Assembly: GCF_006345805.1 (NCBI RefSeq)
Contig: NC_042999.1
Span: 52,762,001 to 52,826,000 of the forward strand
Direction: 5' to 3'
Source of the DNA: Octopus sinensis
Taxonomy: Eukaryota
DNA: 64,000 nt
The notes beneath the pieces are model-generated. The model saw only the letters and a program-made list of their open reading frames with translations. It ran no database searches and was not told the DNA's origin. Shown here in pieces: positions 36,101 through 48,281 of the stretch (position 1 is its first letter; each line of letters starts with the position of its first letter). A program made the translations under genes and the position numbers.

Positions 36101-37310
36101 TTTCTTGGGAGCATGTTTAGAGCATGTATAGGTGACAATGGTTTCAAAGTGCTGCCACGCGGTCTCAATATGAGGGGAATTGAGAGTAAAAGACCAGTCG
36201 ATGGAAGACAGATCCTTTCTGATTGTTCCCCAGTCCGCTTTGTGGAAGTTTATGTTGTCAAATGGGTGCCATGGAGTGGGATTGGCTGGTTTGGTTTTTA
36301 TATGTCGGGAATTAAGATTGCAGAGTACCATGTCGTGGTCTGAGAGGAGACTTTTTCGACTGAAATGCTGTGAACGTAGCTAGAGTGATTGGTCAATACC
36401 AGATCCCAGATCGTTTTATTCTGTCTCGTTGGTTCAAGCACTAGCTGAGTCAGGAAATACTCATCCATCAGATTACAGAGCAGTTCTGCTACTGCCCTAT
36501 CTGATGTAGAGCACTTGCCTAACTTCGGAGTATTTGTGGGCCAGTTCACTATACAATTAAATGGGAGTTAATTTATACTGCAAGGCTATATAAACCTGGA
36601 ATCCATAGATCTATGTTTAGAAGAATTTTCCAAGTGTAATACAATACATTCTCGACAGGAGCAAGCAATCCCGGAATCAAAATCAGTGCATGACCTGGGT
36701 TTGGACAATAATCATAATACGTTAAGTTACCCCTGCCCTTCCTCTTTCTAGTTATTAACTCGTCCCAATATATCATTGTCTTGCTAGAATCTTTTGAGAC
36801 ATATTCTTTTATGTAGGTATGACAGATTTTATGGTCATAGAGAAAAAAAGGGCAAGGGAGAGTATCTGACATTAATTTATCACCACCAACAAGAACTGAC
36901 AATTCCCAATGGTTTTGGCTCTAAGGTGATGTAGACTACTTGCTACATTGGGTCATTTGAATGCGATAAAGATAAAGATAAATGTAGCTATATTACCATC
37001 CATCTCCCTTGATCACCCCACCATTATTTTCTTTTGCCACTCTAAATTATTGTGAGCTTTAGGTATTTTTCCCCTAGATTCATTCAGCTACAATCATAGA
37101 AAATAGAGGCAATGCATTTTAGTCTCTTGTACTGATAAAAAACTTGCTAACAAAATTATAAGGGAGCATCCTGTTTGTTGAATATCTATATGGTCGAACG
37201 CATCTAAGGATAGCGATTTATTTCAAATTGAAGTAATGTTTGCATTGATCGATTAAATGGAGTCGCTTGAAACGGCCGTAGTGCACTGATACCTGGACAT
37301 CCTTGTTAAT
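33180..37310 (+). mobile_element. Degraded PLE of the CxC-type GIY-YIG group (Hydra-like), split by a LINE insertion
   Basis: KIFNR.KI, HICNCSKRESC, NVIYRC, YIGGT..FK...NH.SSF, LSKLIW; after the LINE it continues YTIKWELI..ARLYKPG..DLCLEE; degenerate hammerhead at 37199-37285. Confidence 0.72.
33901..36547 (-). mobile_element. CR1/L2-group LINE, 5'-truncated, relatively young (445-aa RT ORF 34059-35396)
   Basis: YLDFSKAFDRVDH, SGVPQGTVLGPLLF, FADET; APE C-terminal motif DLVLTN; TSD ACTATA (33895-33900 / 36548-36553); CTAAGT-like 3' tail. Confidence 0.93.
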
Positions 37311-37336
37311 TATTTGATTTATATATATTATATATA

Positions 37337-38245
37337 CTAGCAATAAAATTAGTCGTGGATCGGGTAATTATGTTTACTGTTTATCGAGGGCCACAGTTTA
37401 CGTATTATTATACGTATAATTTATTCCTCCTGTATGTGTGCATTTTTAGAAGAGAAAACTATGTAATAATTGAGGTAGAAGAAATATCAATATCATTCTT
37501 TGTTGGCTATCTGTTGGTTGTCTGTTTGCAGTTTCTTGTGTTGTTTCTTGCATACAATGTGATGCTTTTCGAAGACGATCAGCTGCACGTCATGCATGTC
37601 TTTCGTCTTCGTTTTCTGCTGCACGTCGGGCTGCCATTCTTTGTTTGCTCTCTGCAAGTCGTGAATTTCGTTGATGTTCGGTTTCAGATGCACGTTGAGC
37701 TTTCTTTCTCTGTCTCTGATCTGCAGGCCATGCGCGTGTCTCATCTTCGTTTTCTGATGCACATCGTGCATTTGTTTGGTGTTCGTTTTGAGACGCTCTT
37801 TATTTATGAGACACTTTTTAAATAATAAATATCGATAAGTAATAGTGAAATGAAATTCGGACACTATGTTACAGTAATGCAAAGAAACTAGGTATATCAT
37901 GTGGAAGAATAGCTTAAGGGAAGGAGAAAGGTTTTTGATAAGGAATATCAGTAAGTTGTAATGAAATGAAAGTGAAAATGATGTGAGAATGTCAGTAAGT
38001 AATAGTTAAATGAATTTACAGATGCTGGATGGTGTCAGTGGTTTTGCTGAAATTCCGACGCTACATCACAGGAATGCAGGGCAAGGCTTTGTGTTTTTCT
38101 TTTTTGTGTGTGTGTATGTGTGTGTCGATGATTTTCGTTTCGCTGTGAATTTGTCTGTGCGCCTATGGCTTCACTGTCACATTGCTTATGTGAAAGAAAT
38201 TTGTATATTTATATCTGAACGGAGAAGTTATAAAAGTAGGTATAA
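37337..38245 (-). mobile_element. Helitron-like remnant
   Basis: Alternative frame of 37493-37900 reads RASETEHQRNSRLAESKQRMAARRAAENEDERHARAADRLR (STPR-type repeats seen in Helitron N-termini); 3' CTAG at 37337-37340. Confidence 0.55.
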
Positions 38246-39200
38246 CTGAAACATGAATGAATATACGTACGTGTGTGTGTGTGCGTATGTGTATGTGTGT
38301 GTGTGTGTGTGTGAGTGAGTGAGTGAGTGTGTGTGTGTGCGTGTGTGTTGGGGTGGTGCTGTAGGTGTGCGTGTGTTCTTTTAGAGTGGGAGAAAGAGAG
38401 ACAGACAGATAAATAGCGGTGCCATTTCTTTATAGATCTGCTCTGTTGGTGAAAGTGGACAAAACACCCACTCTTCCAATTTTCGTTTATCTTTTCTTTC
38501 TTTTCACCTTTTACTTGTTCCAGTCATTAGATTGTGGCCATGCTTGGGCACCGCTTTGAAGAATTTAGACGTACTGACCCCCAATTGGACGTATTAACAC
38601 CAGAATCTTTTTTTATTACTTGCGGCAGTTATTAGAGAGAGAAAGACAGAGAGAGAGAGAGAGGGTGGGAGGGAAAGAGGGATTGACTGTGTGTAATTGT
38701 GTAGAACAAGCCATCCATAAATAAATAAATGAATAAATATATATAATATGGTGTTTGTCATTGTCTGGAACGCTGATCATTCTGATAAATAGAAAGACAA
38801 AGATAGAGAGAGAGAGCGGAAGAGAAAGATTGAATGGTGCCGATTCTTTGAAAATGTTGGCACTTTAGCTCTGGTCACACTAACATCATCATGACCATAG
38901 TTAAAGCGTGAAAGTGGAGAATACACCCACGCTTATGCGATGGCGTCTCAATTATGTTTCGTGGGACAGATAAAACCTATTATTTATATATACATACAAA
39001 CATATATATACATACACACACAAACATATATATATGCACATATATATATATACACACACACACACAAAAATACATATATATACACACACAAATATATATA
39101 TATATATACATATGTGTAAGGATGAAAAGGAACACACGAGTTGATATATATGAGAAAACAAGTCAAGATAGAAAATGCTAAAATAATTTTATAAAGAACA

Positions 39201-39244
39201 TTTCAGTACCGGTTTCGGTCATTTTGAGACCTTTTCAACTGTAA
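39201..39244 (-). ncRNA. Minimal hammerhead (U3-A8) in the inverted pLTR of PLE C
   Basis: Reverse complement of 42185-42228. Confidence 0.72.
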
Positions 39245-39589
39245 CGATTAAATAATTAAATTTAGAAAAATTAAAAGAATAGTTTTTTTATAGGAATATT
39301 TGTATAGTGTTCCAATATAAGTGGCATTCTGCCTTTCTCTGTCTCCCTCGTTTGCACTTGTGTGTTCGAGGTCGTTGTGAATTCTTGGTAGGGTAGAAGA
39401 AGAAGAAGGTTGATGAGGAGAGGGGGTGGAAAAATTTGGGAGTGCCTTGTTTGTCGTATTTTGAATGGTCAGTGACGGCTAGCAGTTGCAGTTCAATTCA
39501 GGAGAATATTTCTATTGAAAGGTTTGTTTATGGAATTTGCGTAGGTGTTGTACTAAAAAGCATTAGTGATAAAGTTAAGAGGTAGAAGG

Positions 39590-39785
39590 TGGAGCAGAAG
39601 AAGAAGAAGAAGAAGAAGAAGAAGAAGAAGAAGAAGAAGAAGAAGAAGAAGCACAAGAAGAAGAAGAAGAAGAAGATGACGATGTTGATGATGATGATGA
39701 TGATGATGAAGAAGAAGGAGAAGATGATGATGATGATGGTGATGATGATGAAGAAGAAGAGGAAGAAGAAGAAAAAAGAGAAGGG
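39590..39785. repeat. (GAA)n/(GAT)n microsatellite
   Basis: Direct observation. Confidence 0.95.
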
Positions 39786-42184
39786 AGAATATGAATGAGT
39801 GGAAGTAGTGAGGTGTTGTATGACTTGAAGTTGGCACGTTATTGATTATAGCTGTGATTGGGGCTGATTTGTAATGGATTCTTTGGAATGTAATATTTGC
39901 GTGTGTATTTCTGTTATTCTAAAGCTGAAGTGTATTAATCGTTTGTTGGAGACCCGTTAAGAAGTGGCCTGTATTTTGTAATAAAGAGAGTTTCTTTACT
40001 TATTCGTTGTCTCGAGGTTGTATCGTCCCTATCAACATATGCACAAACAAAAACACAAACCAAACTTCAGCAAAAAAGAATGGGCTGAGTTGAACAAATT
40101 AAAACAAGATAAAACAATAACAATCAAAGAGGCTGATAAAGGGAGTGCTGTTGTCTTAATGGATACGACATTTTACATAACTTTGGTACTATCTATGCTG
40201 GAAGACACAACATACTATGAAAAGGCACAAAACTACAGTCAACAAAAAATAATGAGGGAACTAAAATCCATGTTAAACCCATACAAAGAATGGCTCACCG
40301 ACAAAGAATATGATTATATGACCAATTTCACAAGTAAAACCAGCCAAGTCTACGGTATACCTAAGATACACAAAAGTGAGAAAATAAGTAACGCATGCAA
40401 GATATGTATATATATATACATATGTGTAAGGGTGAAAAGGAACACACGAGTTGATATATATGGGAAAACAAGTCAAGATAAAAAATGCTAAAATAATTTG
40501 CGTAGGTGTTGTACAAATAATTAAAGTCCCTAATCCTAATGACCTCAAATTGAGAGCCATAATAGCAGGTCCCGCATGCGAAACCCACCGCCTCAGTAAC
40601 TTTTTAGACACCCTGTTAAAACCACTCCTCAAACATGTCAAAAGCTATATGGGACGACTTGGATATGCTCAATCACCTACCGAATACTATAAACAAAAAC
40701 ACCATACTGGTATCCTTCGATGTAGTCAACCTCTACTCCAATATCCCCCACAACCTAGGACTAGAGGCAATCCAATTCTGGCTAGAGAATCACGCCAACG
40801 AACTCCCACATCGCATCAAAAAAGAATTCGTGATAGAAGGGGTTAAATTTAACCTGGAAAATAACTTTTTCGCCTTCAAGGACAACTTCTACCGACAAAA
40901 ATCGGGGACTGCGAAGGGTACACGAATGGCTCCCTCCTTTGCCACGTAAAGTTCTAGAAAGATATGGCAGCCCTTTCTCCATCTACATAGAAAACAACTG
41001 GAAGAGATATCTAGATGACTGTTTCATTCTTTGGCATGAAAATATAGAGAAACTCAAAGAATTCCAAGAAATTTTAAACGGACTGGACGTAAACATCCAA
41101 TTCACAATGGAATATAGCCAGCAACAACTCCCCTACCTCGATATCCTCATTAAGAAAGCTAATAATGTAATAGAAACAGACATATATTATAAGCCTACAG
41201 ATTCTAAGCAATATCTTCCATTCAATTCATGCCACCCCAGACACACCAGGATGAATATCCCCTTCAATCTAGCAAAAAGGATATGCACTATAGTTTCTAA
41301 TGTAAACACCAGAGACACACGACTACAAGAACTAAAAGATACCCTTATCACCAGGAACTACCCACCTTCACTTATTGACGTGTGCATTCAGCATGCCCTT
41401 CAACTTAACATCCAGGAACTGAGACATCCCAAATCAAAGAAAAACTTACGACCAAAAGCCTTACCATACATCTCCACACACAACCCTCTCAACAATGAAG
41501 CATTCGGCACAATCCTCCACAGCATACCTCTCCTAAAAAAAGACCACAGAATGAACACAATCCTCCAAACACACACGATCATAAAAAGCAAGAGACAGCC
41601 TAACTCTATGAAAAGTCTCCTAACACAAGCCCGAATACACTCTTCAACACAGAAGCCGACAGTAAAAGAATGTGGAAGACCCAATTGCGGGATATGCGAT
41701 TATCTAATTGAGGGATCAGAGTTCTCCTTCAAACAGGGACAACGGTTTACAGTGAAAAGCAACTTCACATGTGCTTCGGAGAACCTGATATACACACTAA
41801 CCTGCTCTGGGTGTCAAGAGCAGTACATAGGCCAAATAAAAAATAGTTTGCGTAAAAGAATGGCCCTGCACAGATCCCAGATAAAAATTCCCCAAAACAG
41901 AAAAATAGCTTTCAGCCAACACATAGATACTTGCGCCAACAACAAAACACCAGGCTTCAGGATTTTGCCCCTCTACGACAAACAAGGCACTCCCAAATTT
42001 TTCCACCCCCTCTCCTCATCAACCTTCTTCTTCTACCCTACTAAGAATTCACAACGACCTCGAACACACAAGTGCAAACAAGGGAGAAAGAGAAAGGCAG
42101 AATGCCACTTATATTGGAACACTATACAAATATTCCTATAAAAAAACTATTCTTTTAATTTTTCCAAATTTAATTGTTTAATCG

Positions 42185-42228
42185 TTACAGTTGAAAAGGT
42201 CTCAAAATGACCGAAACCGGTACTGAAA
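42185..42228 (+). ncRNA. Minimal type I hammerhead (U3-A8) in the PLE C pLTR
   Basis: cag-TTGAAAA-ggtc tcaaaat gacc-GAAA-CCGG-TA-ctg; GUA site. Confidence 0.75.
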
Positions 42229-42279
42229 TGTTCTTTATAAAATTATTTTAGCATTTTCTATCTTGACTTGTTTCTCATA

Positions 42280-43475
42280 TATATACATATATATATACAT
42301 ACATACATATATATACATACACATATACATAAACATATACATACACACATATATTTACAGACACATATACACACACGTATACACACACACATATATACAT
42401 ACACACATATACATACATATATAAAATACATACATACATATATACATACATATATAAATATACATACATACGTGACATTCATACATACATATAAATACAT
42501 ATACATACATATGCATACAAACACATGCATACATACACATGCATATACATACACGTGCATATACATACACATGCATACATACACACACATACATACACAC
42601 ACATGCACGCACATACATACACACACATACATACGCATATATATAAATACACATACATACATATACATACATGCACATAAATATATACATACACACACAT
42701 ACATACACATACATACACATACATACACATACATACACACATACATACACATACATACATACACATACATACATACATATACATACATATATATCCATAC
42801 ATATATACATACATACATATACATACATGCATATACATACATAAATATACATACATACATATACATGCATACATATACATACATATGCATACGTACATAT
42901 ATATACATACATATACATACATATTCATACATATACACACACTTACATACAAACAAATACACACACATACATGCACACACATGCATACACACACATACAT
43001 ACACACATACATACGCATACATACATACACATACATACAGACATACATACATAAACATACATACATATACATACACGTACATATACATACACATTCTTAC
43101 ATGCACATACATACACATACAGATACATACATACATATACAGACATATAAATACATATACGTATATATAAATGCATACATATACATAAATACATACATAT
43201 ATATACATACATATACATGCATACATACATATGTATACATACATATACATACATACATATACATATATGCACATACATATACATACATACACATACATAC
43301 ATATACATACACATACATACATATACATACATATGCATATAAATGCATACATATACATAAATACATACATATACATACATATACATACATATACATACAT
43401 ACATGTATATAAATACATACATGTATATAAATATATGCATATATATATATATACACACATATATAAATCTATAAA
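42280..43475. repeat. ~1.2-kb degenerate (TACA/TA/CA)n compound microsatellite
   Basis: Direct observation; source of the spurious long ORFs here. Confidence 0.95.
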
Positions 43476-43479
43476 TATG

Positions 43480-46320
43480 TATGAAACATTGAACTAGACG
43501 AAACCTAACTAGACAATATAACAACCCTTAGAACAACCATAATCTAGTCCACTATACAGGCACTGAAAAAGAAACATTTTACTACAGACGCACTTTGCAC
43601 CCATTTTCTCCTAATCAAGCCAAATACAGTTCACATTTCCCACAAGAATCCACCTGCTACAACCATTTTTTAGATCTAAATCAGAGAAACAGAGATGTGA
43701 AATGGAACAAAATATACATGAACAATTGAAAATAATCAATTTATTGAAGAAAATAAATTCCTAAGTACTACACAAACTAAAATTCTAACAAGAGGTTTAA
43801 AGTTCACACGAACCCCTCACAGATCGAACCCGAATGAATTTAAGGTAAACACTATGAACTTTTGTCGAAAATTACACTTCACAGAAACTCTTCACAACTA
43901 CACCAGCGAAGATGACTCAATAGTAAAAAACAGGAGCGAATACTGTCCTATAAAAGGCAGAAATAAAGCACTTGATGACTTTTGTGAACACATGACCAAT
44001 TTTCCATTTAATACCCTACAAAAATAATGAATTAAATCCAACTTCAACACAAACGATATAAACCTGACCATTAAAGAAGCCGATAAAGGAAGTGCGGTAG
44101 TGGTGATGGACACAGAGTTCTATAAAAATGTAATACTCTTGATGTTGGAAAACAATATTTACTATGAGAAGCAAGTGCGCTATAACCCACAGATGACACT
44201 TAAACATTTATCCTCCTTACTTCAAATATATGAAAAGCGCCTCACTAAAATAGAAATTGACTATTTATCCAATTTTAAATACAGACCAAGTCTATTCTAC
44301 GGATTATCTAAAATACGCAAAGATCAACATATTAGTAAAACTTGCAAAGATGTTCCAAACCTGTACATTAATGTTCCCCGCCTACTGACCTCAAACTAAG
44401 ACCCATCATTGCTGGTCCTACTTGTGAAACCCACCGTTTGAGCAATTTCCTCAACATCTGAAACTAATCTTAAAAATATGTGAAAAGCTTCATCAGGGAT
44501 GATTTAGATATGCTTAATCACCTCCCGAAAACAATAAATGAAGGAACCCTGTTAGCAGCATTCGATGTGTTGAACTTGTACACCAATATCCTACACAATT
44601 ATGGTATAGAAGCGATCACCTTCTAGCTAGAAAAATATCCAGAAGAGATCCTAGATAGCATCAACGACAACTTCCTAATTGCAGCACTGAAATTTATCGT
44701 ACTGAACAACTATTTCGATATAGTTTACTATGGACAATATGTGGAATTGCAATGGGAACTCGAGCGGCCCCAGTCATTGCGAACCTTGGAATGGGTTATC
44801 TAGAATTTAAAACATACTAATCATCACTACAAAAATATGGTACCTCTTTTCATTGCTATTTAAGGGAGAACTGAAAGAGTTACTTAGATGATTGCTTTAT
44901 ACTTTGGAACGATTTGAAAACAATGCTCAACAACATCAATAGCAACTATGGAACACAATAATAAACACAACTTCCTTTTCTTGATATACTAATTAAAATA
45001 ATCAGTAACCACATCGAAACGGACATCTATGAAACCACAGATTTAAAAACGATATCTATTATTCAACTCATACGATCCCAAACACATAAAAATTAATATA
45101 CCTTATAATCTAGCGAAAGGAATCTGTACTATAGTTTCGGAAACCAATACTCGTGAAAGAAGACTGCTTGAACTCAACTGAATACTAATCAGGAGACATT
45201 ACCCACATCATTAATAAATGATGTGATTAAACGAGCAAAGGGAATAGACATACAAACATTAAGGGAAGTCAACTGAAATACTATACAAGACTTAAAAATA
45301 CTCCCATACATCTCCACACACAACCCTAGAAGCAATGAGGCCTTCAACATCATCATCCAACATCTACCCATTCTCACTGGAGATAGAACAATGAACAAAA
45401 TTTTAGGCTCACACAAAATTAACCAGAGCAAAATGCAACCAAAATCATTGAAACAAATATTAAGCAGCGCAAGACTTCATCCATTAACAACGAAACCGAA
45501 GTGAAAAAATGCGGGTAGCCTAACTGTGGCACATGCCCCACCTTTGAAAGGTACGGAGTTTCACTTCAAACAAGGTGAAATATTAAAGATAAAATCAAAT
45601 TTTACCTCTGACTCTGAAAACTTAATCTATGCTATTACTTGCTTAAGGTGCGGAAATGACTATAAAGGCCAAACAGGAATGTCCCTCCGATGACGAACAA
45701 ATCTTCACAAAGAACAAATCCGCTACCCACAATACAGACAGATACAGGTCAGTGAACACATAGAAAGATGTGCTAGGAATCTCAAACCAAACTTCCTAAT
45801 TTTCCCTCTTTATTAATGTCCACAAAACACCTCAGTACAGCAAAGATTAAATAAAGAATCAACTTTCATTAATAAATATCATCTACAACTCAACATGAAC
45901 ACACAACTTAATACAGGACACTACTAACCTTACCAATAATACCACTAATCTCCATACATCCCATAAACCATTTATATTCCAGTATTTATAGCTAGCTTCA
46001 TTGCCTCACTTCCAGAACGTCCTTTGCATGTAATCTTTTCACTCAGGTAGTATTAGATCCAACACCGTTTGGAAATCGGCGTTCATTCAAAGGCAGTGAT
46101 CAGCTTCTGACGATACCAGTATGACTGAAGCTGTATAATGATTCATAATAATGACCACATAATTCCACCTCAAATCATCTAATTGTATGTATATATATTT
46201 TACTTTTCTTTAAAAAGCCATTATTTTTATATCTAATCAGCATTTTCTTTGTTTTATTTTTACTTCCTCCTATTTATACCACATGTATTTTTTTCTTTGA
46301 AGCCTATTTCTACTATATAT
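43480..46320 (+). mobile_element. Penelope-like element D (older; ORF1 tail + RT + GIY-YIG)
   Basis: RGLKFTRTP, IKEADKGSAVV, LRPIIAGPTCETHRLSNF, GIAMGT, YLDDCF, NLIYAITC..C; many stop codons. Confidence 0.88.
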
Positions 46321-46359
46321 ACCAGTGCCACGTTGTGGCACATTCGAATGTCTTATGCT

Positions 46360-46725
46360 ATAGCCTAGGGCCAAGCAAAGCATTGTAAGTAGATATTGTA
46401 ACGGAAAACTGAAAGAAGCTTCTCGAAATTATATATACACACATTTATACGACAGGTTTCTTCATATATATTAATATGTGTATATATATGTGTGTGTGCA
46501 TGTTTGTGTGCGTGCGCGCGTGAGTGTAGTCTGTCTCCCAGACCACCATCGTTTGACAACCGATGTTGGTGTGTTTACATCCCCTTAACTAGCGGTTTGG
46601 CAATGAGACCGATAGAGTAAGTACCAGGATTACAAAGAATAAGTCCTGGATCGACTCCTTCGACTAAAGAGCTGCCCTCCAGCATGGCCGCAGTCAAATG
46701 ACTGTAACATGTAAAAGAATAAGTG
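46360..46725 (+). mobile_element. SINE family 1, 3' part, diverged
   Basis: gaccgatagagtaagtacc...agcatggccgcagtcaaatgactg. Confidence 0.7.
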
Positions 46726-46963
46726 AATGCACACACACATATATAGAGAGAGAGAAGGAAAGAGAGAAAGAGAGAACGAGTGAGAGAGAGACAGGGAGAG
46801 ACAGACAGATATCTCTACTTACTGATGAAACAAAAGAAAGGTGCTAAGAAAAAGAGATTGGTTTAACAAGACAATGTCTAGTGTTTACTAAAACGTATCT
46901 TAAACAGTAGTAAATGAGAGCTTCCATGAGAAACAGCAAAGAAAATTGTTTTGAAGAACTTAC

Positions 46964-47044
46964 AGCGTATGAAATATGAAGTTGAAAACAGACGATAATC
47001 ATAATGGCAGAAAGCTGCAGTGTAGCTGTGTGTCGCCAGTTCAT
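46964..47044 (-). CDS. Astacin-family metalloprotease, coding exon 1 (signal peptide)
   Basis: gccATG at 47044; MNWRHTATLQLSAIMIIVCFQLHISYA (basic N-terminus, hydrophobic core, S-Y-A cleavage motif); ends at a GTAAGT donor in phase 0, matching the next exon. Confidence 0.75.
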
Positions 47045-47092
47045 GGCTGTTGCTGGATTGGTCAGTTTGGAAGACCAGTTGTTTGAAGTTCA

Positions 47093-47100
47093 TATATATA
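47093..47100 (-). promoter_or_regulatory. Putative TATA box of the astacin gene
   Basis: TATATATA about 50 nt upstream of the ATG on the minus strand; support is positional only. Confidence 0.4.
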
Positions 47101-48281
47101 GACAGCAGGATCTTGCTAGATAGATTGATAGATAGCTAAATAGATACAGATAGTGAGATCAACACATACACACTGCACAGACACACACGCAAATACACAC
47201 ACTTATGCACAAATGTTAACACACACACACACACATATCCATACGCATGCGTGTGTAACACGTGGACAGTAGGGTACATTGTTTTGAGTAAATAAACAAA
47301 ATATCGAGTCAGATATAATAGAGAACTAAGAAAATAACATGTTAGAGATTGAATAACCTTGATCCATTCTTGACATTCTAATTTCCTAGAGTGTCTCTTT
47401 GTAATTAGACTATGTTCAATCTGGCTTGACAAACACCGATAAGGGTTCATCAACAACTCGCATCGAACCAAAAAAGACTGTTTGTTTGGTTTTAATATAA
47501 TCGGATTTGGAAACTGTTGAGGGATAACATATCAGAGAGAAGAGAGTGGTATGGAAAGAATTTACCTTAATATTGATTCTGAGTCTTAAGCTATAATTTC
47601 ATTAAAATTGATGAGAACTGAAGTATTTGCGGTGTCAATTCCTTTTTATTATCTTTCCTCATTCAATTTAGCAGTTCAAGGCCAACTTTAAATATTCATA
47701 TTTCAATTTGTTGTTGAAACAGAAATATTTTCCTCGTTTGTGATCATAGTAATAGCAGAGAGACAAAATGGCATACGAAAGTTGAAAGGTCATCATCCAA
47801 AACCGTTTTCAGGTTCTTCGAGAATGGTGAAGAAAGGGAGACCCTATTGAATGATTTGTGAGGAATCGTTAACGTCACTCAAAGTGCTTAGTGTTATTCT
47901 AAAACCAGGTGGCAGATTCACTCACAAACCATTAAGGGCTGCTCTACCATGACGCACTTTCAGTTACCATTAATCAAATTTGCCTTAAAAATCGAGGCCC
48001 AGATCATGAATCGCTTTTTGAGATTATGATTCGCCTTTGAGAATATATTTTCATCTCTTTGAGATTGTGATTTCAAATCACTACACCGTAGTTGTATCTT
48101 TGAATCAAATTTGAAATCCTTATTAACAAAATGACTGTTTGACAGACTCACACGTACGTTAAAGAAAATATCATTAGCTATTTTCATTTCACCCTCAGAT
48201 GAACAAAGTTGTTTCCATCTATTTATGATGGATCAAGCAAGCCTGTCTATTGAAGATGCACACCATTAAGCCTAGCGAATG

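Larger units (their letters stand above)
39095..42280 (+). mobile_element. Penelope-like element C with an inverted 3' copy upstream
   Basis: IKEADKGSAVV, YGIPKIHK, SFDVVNLYSNIP, RYLDDCF; ORF 40939-42141 with CGRPNCGIC and NLIYTLTCSGC..YIGQ; 39130-39460 is the reverse complement of about 41972-42280. Confidence 0.92.

Noticed and set aside
42258-43524. Long ORFs (up to 400 aa) of Y/I/H/T or M/C/V/Y
   Set aside because: Translations of a stop-free compound microsatellite, not genes. The same applies to ORFs at 6825-7240, 12316, 14604, 28702, 39553 and 57520.
46100-46140. CTGACGA near the 3' end of PLE D as a hammerhead
   Set aside because: No GAAA or stem III in the correct register; at best heavily decayed.
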